Shown here: positions 9,502-12,717 of the stretch, piece by piece
How positions within the stretch are numbered: position 1 is the first letter of the stretch
How the letters are laid out: every line of letters starts with the position of its first letter
Source: Atribacterota bacterium
Lineage (GTDB): Bacteria > Atribacterota > Phoenicimicrobiia > Phoenicimicrobiales > Phoenicimicrobiaceae
Length of the DNA stretch: 12,717 nt
Assembly (NCBI GenBank): GCA_038203565.1
Contig: JBBRDV010000036.1
Coordinates: forward strand, 1 to 12,717
Reading direction: 5' to 3'
Program-made: the position numbers and the translations under genes
The notes under the pieces: generated by a model
Told to the model about the DNA's origin: nothing
Database searches by the model: none
Seen by the model: only the letters and a program-made list of their open reading frames with translations

Positions 9502-11349
9502 ATGAAAATAATAAGTCGTAAAATTATAATCGGTTTATTGGTATTAAGTTTACTGTTAGTGTTCTTTAGCGGTATTGCTTCTGCTCGGACCTGGAAGCCA
9601 GTTATTTTTGGTAGAGATTGGGTAGCTATTACCGGAAAACCCTTGGGGGCAACCGCTGGTGCAATGATATTTGCCCAGGGTGGTAATGCAGTAGATGCCA
9701 CCTGTGCTATGTTGGCTGTGGTTTGTACCATGACTGACTCCTTGCACTTTGGAGGAGAAACCCAGGCTTTAATTTATGATCCTGAAACCAAAAAGGTGTA
9801 TGGTATTAATGGCATGGGACATGCTTACACCGGAGCAACTCCGGAATTCTATTTTGAACAGGGCATGGCTTTTCCTCCCGAGTATGGTGTATTGGCAGCT
9901 GCTACTCCGGGAACACCTCGAGGTTTGTTTGTTATGCTTGCTGAATTTGGTACCATGAGCTTAAAAGAAGTCTTGGCACCGGCAATTCAAGTAGCTGACG
10001 GATATCCTATTGAAGGTCAATTAGTACGAGGCATTACAAAAAGTAAAGATATGTTGGCTGGATGGAAATATAGCGCGCCTATCTATTTACCGGGTGGCAA
10101 TCCCCCTGAAGAGGGACAAATATTTGTGCAAAAGGATTTAGCAAATACTTACCGTAAATTAGTGGAAACAGAGCAAGAAGCTCTGGCCAAGGGGGCATCC
10201 CGCAAAGAAGCGATTATGGCTGCCAATGATCGTTTTTACAAAGGCGATATTGCGCAGGAATTCGTCAGATCCAGTCAGGAAAATGGCGGTCAACATACCA
10301 TGGCAGATATGGCCTTCACCAGACCGACCGTTGAAGAGCCGATCCACACCAATTATAAAGGGATTGAAGTATATAAACTGACTTCCTGGACCCAGGGACC
10401 AGTATTCATACAGATGCTGAATCTTCTAGAACTGGTGGATATGTCCAAATACGAATATATGAGTGCAGAGTTTATTCATATGCTTTATCAGATACAGAAT
10501 CTGGCGTTTGCTGACCGTGACTTCTACTATGGCGACCCGACTGTTCCACCTGTGGAGCCTTTAGAAGGATTACTTTCTAAGGAATATGCCAAAGAAAGAT
10601 TCAAACAGATCGATTGGGAAAAGAATGATCCCAATGTCAGACCAGGCGATCCTTATCCTTTCCAAGGGGAAGAAAATCCCTACAAAGATCAATTATCTAA
10701 CTGGAAACCCAATGTAACCGGTATTGCCTGGAATCCTGCAATAGAAGAACGGTTCTATGCCGGAACTACTTCTATCCAGGCTGCAGATGCCAAAGGTATG
10801 GTAGTCTCTGTAACCCCCAGTGGCGGATGGAATCCTGTATTTATCGCCGGTCATACCGGAGTCGGTATGAGTCAGCGTTTACAGCAGTTTGTCGTTGATG
10901 AAAAACTGAATCCCTTTAATATAACTGCACCATTGAAGCAACCTCGAGTTACCCTTACTCCTAGTTTTGCGACCAAAGACGGCCATCCCTACCTTTCGTT
11001 TGCTGTACAGGGTGGAGATACGCAGGAACAGAACTTAATCAGCTTCTTCTTAAGCGTGGTAGAATTTGGCAAGAACGTACAGGAAGCTGCTGAAGGTCCT
11101 TACTTTACCAGTTACCAGATGCAGAGTTCTTTTGGTACTCATGATCAGTATCCGGGGAGAATTCGGCTTGATGCACGAATTCCTCAGGAAACAGCTGATA
11201 AGCTTACCGCAATGGGATATAAAGTAGAGTATGCTGGTGCAGATACTGTTAATTCCGGACCAATCAATGCAATCTACATCGATTGGGAACACCAGACTTA
11301 CTGGGGTGGTTCCAGTGTTAATGGCGAAGATTACGGAATAGGCTGGTAA
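9502..11349 (+). CDS. ggt: Exported gamma-glutamyltransferase-family Ntn hydrolase (non-canonical, YwrD/HpxW-like clade)
   Basis: 615 aa. Signal peptide ending ASA|R. GGNAVDA, ATPG, FYKGDIA and AFADRDFYYGDP motifs. Autocleavage nucleophile G|TTS (Thr422, 10765-10767) and oxyanion QGGD. Confidence 0.93.
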   Translation: MKIISRKIIIGLLVLSLLLVFFSGIASARTWKPVIFGRDWVAITGKPLGATAGAMIFAQGGNAVDATCAMLAVVCTMTDSLHFGGETQALIYDPETKKVYGINGMGHAYTGATPEFYFEQGMAFPPEYGVLAAATPGTPRGLFVMLAEFGTMSLKEVLAPAIQVADGYPIEGQLVRGITKSKDMLAGWKYSAPIYLPGGNPPEEGQIFVQKDLANTYRKLVETEQEALAKGASRKEAIMAANDRFYKGDIAQEFVRSSQENGGQHTMADMAFTRPTVEEPIHTNYKGIEVYKLTSWTQGPVFIQMLNLLELVDMSKYEYMSAEFIHMLYQIQNLAFADRDFYYGDPTVPPVEPLEGLLSKEYAKERFKQIDWEKNDPNVRPGDPYPFQGEENPYKDQLSNWKPNVTGIAWNPAIEERFYAGTTSIQAADAKGMVVSVTPSGGWNPVFIAGHTGVGMSQRLQQFVVDEKLNPFNITAPLKQPRVTLTPSFATKDGHPYLSFAVQGGDTQEQNLISFFLSVVEFGKNVQEAAEGPYFTSYQMQSSFGTHDQYPGRIRLDARIPQETADKLTAMGYKVEYAGADTVNSGPINAIYIDWEHQTYWGGSSVNGEDYGIGW

Positions 11350-11453
11350 TCGTTGTTTTGATAATTGCTCTAAATTTTGGACTTTAAAAAGTTCTGAAAT
11401 TGACAAAAGGTAATCGATGAACTTTCTAACATAGAGCAAACTGATAAATTAAA

Positions 11454-11484
11454 GGGGCAATAAGGATGAATTTCTTATTGCCCC
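11454..11484. terminator. Hairpin downstream of the first GGT gene, probable intrinsic terminator
   Basis: GGGGCAATAAG (11454-11464) pairs with CTTATTGCCCC (11474-11484). The A-rich 5' flank gives a U-rich tail on the minus strand only. Confidence 0.6.
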
Positions 11485-11646
11485 CAAAGAACATTATCTA
11501 TTATTTTTAACTTATGGTTTAAATGATTTAGAAAAAAGATTGAATAATTACTTGCTTTTCGAAAGATAGTGTAAAATTTTAGTAGGTATTTTTAAGAAAA
11601 AGGTTTACCAAGAGATAAATAAAAAAGGTAGACTCACCTCAAGAAT

Positions 11647-11717
11647 AAGGTAGACCTTTCCGGGGTTATGCTAGTGGCTGGACCTACGATAAGGTATCAG
11701 GAGCGGAATCCCTTTAA
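11647..11717 (+). pseudogene. Relic of the deacylase gene 3' end (copy 2 of the 71-nt repeat)
   Basis: From 11649 it reads GRPFRGYASGWTYDKVSGAESL* versus GRPFWGYGSGWTYDKVTGTRPL*. The stop is at the equivalent position, an in-frame TAA (11646-11648) lies directly upstream, and there is no start codon. Confidence 0.75.
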
Positions 11718-11926
11718 TAAACTAATGTCTTTTATTCGACAAGAAATAAATATTTTGATAATATAAAATTGGATACAAGGATATTGGATAAGATTATAAT
11801 AGAAATTTATATTTTATAATTTTAACCATTTATATAATTTAAAAATAAAATATCAATATATATAGCACAATAAATATTAAGATATTATGTAGATATTATT
11901 GGGTCGTAAGATAGATATCAGGATTG

Positions 11927-11963
11927 AAACTCAAAATTATTTGGATTAGTTTTGAGTTTTTTT
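11927..11963 (+). terminator. Terminator-like hairpin with U-tract in the leader of the second GGT
   Basis: AAACTCAAAA (11927-11936) pairs with TTTTGAGTTT (11950-11959), and the T run extends to 11963. The stem is AT-rich and therefore weak. Confidence 0.45.
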
Positions 11964-12036
11964 GCACAAGCCCCTGGTATAAGAGTTGCCCAGAGCTTTT
12001 TGTGCTTTTGGGAATCAGTTAAACTGGAGGTGATAA

Positions 12037-12063
12037 ATGATCAAGAAAGATATAAAAGTATAA
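12037..12063 (+). CDS. Putative 8-aa upstream ORF (MIKKDIKV)
   Basis: GGAGGTGA at 12026-12033 with ATG 6 nt after GGAGG; TAA at 12061-12063. Confidence 0.4.
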   Translation: MIKKDIKV

Positions 12064-12070
12064 GTCTATA

Positions 12071-12081
12071 AAGGGAGGTGA
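12071..12081 (+). promoter_or_regulatory. Orphan Shine-Dalgarno motif AAGGGAGGTGA
   Basis: No start codon at SD spacing; 72 nt before the ATG at 12154, which has its own AAAGGAG RBS. Confidence 0.45.
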
Positions 12082-12153
12082 GACTAAGGATAGAAAATTT
12101 TCTTATCTTTGTGAATTTTACGATATAAAAAAATTTAAAAGGAGAAAAAGAAA

Positions 12154-12717
12154 ATGAAAAAAGTGAATACAAAATTTATGATGGGTATCTTGATTGCTGT
12201 CGCATTATTTGCTACAAGTGTAAGCGGAGTTTTTGCTGAACAACAAGATTTAAAAGATATCGTAATGACCTATGGTTCAGTTCGTACGCCAAATATTGTT
12301 GAAGCCATGCGTCCAGTTATGTTTGGAACAGAAGGAGTTGTAGCTTCAGGAAATACTTATTCCTCACTAATTGGATATGATATTATTAAAAAAGGTGGTA
12401 ACGCCTTTGATGCTGGTGTAGCAGCAGCAATGGCTCTTAAGGTAACTAAAATGCACTATGCAGGTTGGGCTGGAATTACTCCTTTTATTGGATATTCTGC
12501 CAAGGAAAATAAGGTTGCAGCCTATGCTGGTGTAGGGAAGTCTCCTATGGCAGCAACAGCCGATTTCTTTTTAGATCAAGATTTTTTACTTATGCCAGCA
12601 GCTTCAGAGCGACCTTTTCAAGTTGCCTTAGTACCTACCGAACCAGATACTTTTGTTGCTATTTTACAAAGATGGGGGACAATGAGTTTTACTGAAACTA
12701 TTCAAGGGGCACTTGAG
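12154..12717 (+). CDS. ggt: Second exported gamma-glutamyltransferase-family protein (partial, runs off the window; absent from the ORF track)
   Basis: 188 open codons. Signal peptide MKKVNTKFMMGILIAVALFATSVSGVFA|E, then RPVMFGTEGVVASG...KKGGNAFDAGVAAA...YAGVGKSP...QRWGTMSF, typical of the GGT large-subunit N-terminus. Confidence 0.9.
   Translation, partial: MKKVNTKFMMGILIAVALFATSVSGVFAEQQDLKDIVMTYGSVRTPNIVEAMRPVMFGTEGVVASGNTYSSLIGYDIIKKGGNAFDAGVAAAMALKVTKMHYAGWAGITPFIGYSAKENKVAAYAGVGKSPMAATADFFLDQDFLLMPAASERPFQVALVPTEPDTFVAILQRWGTMSFTETIQGALE

Noticed and set aside
11400..11432. Perfect TTGACA -35 box
   Set aside because: No acceptable -10 at 16-18 nt spacing; TAACAT is 21 nt away.
11350..12153. 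CRISPR array, tRNA or IS element in the long intergenic region
   Set aside because: No regularly spaced repeats, cloverleaf, transposase remnant or convincing terminal inverted repeats seen.

Overview
AT-rich bacterial window with all genes on the + strand. An anaerobe is inferred from the Fe-S/TPP oxidoreductase; the lineage cannot be fixed from sequence alone. Gene order: (1) a CDC48/VCP-type double AAA+ ATPase; (2) a four-gene 2-oxoacid:ferredoxin oxidoreductase (gamma, delta, alpha, beta) whose motifs point to oxalate oxidoreductase (OOR) rather than PFOR, with gamma and delta as separate genes; (3) a transport/hydrolysis module: exported DUF6305-like protein, DctM-like permease, an unlisted 53-aa two-helix membrane protein, a membrane-anchored AstE/AspA (M14-like) deacylase, and two exported non-canonical gamma-glutamyltransferase-family Ntn hydrolases (the second is cut by the window end). 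Main hypothesis: an anaerobic system that hydrolyses oxamate or N-oxalyl amides outside the cytoplasm, imports the product through an atypical TRAP-like transporter, and oxidises oxalate with OOR. Non-coding observations: a 71-nt relic copy of the deacylase 3' end upstream of the second GGT, four orphan Shine-Dalgarno-like motifs 71-91 nt upstream of module-leading genes, and a structured leader with an 8-codon uORF. Comparisons to reference proteins are from memory and need alignment to confirm.
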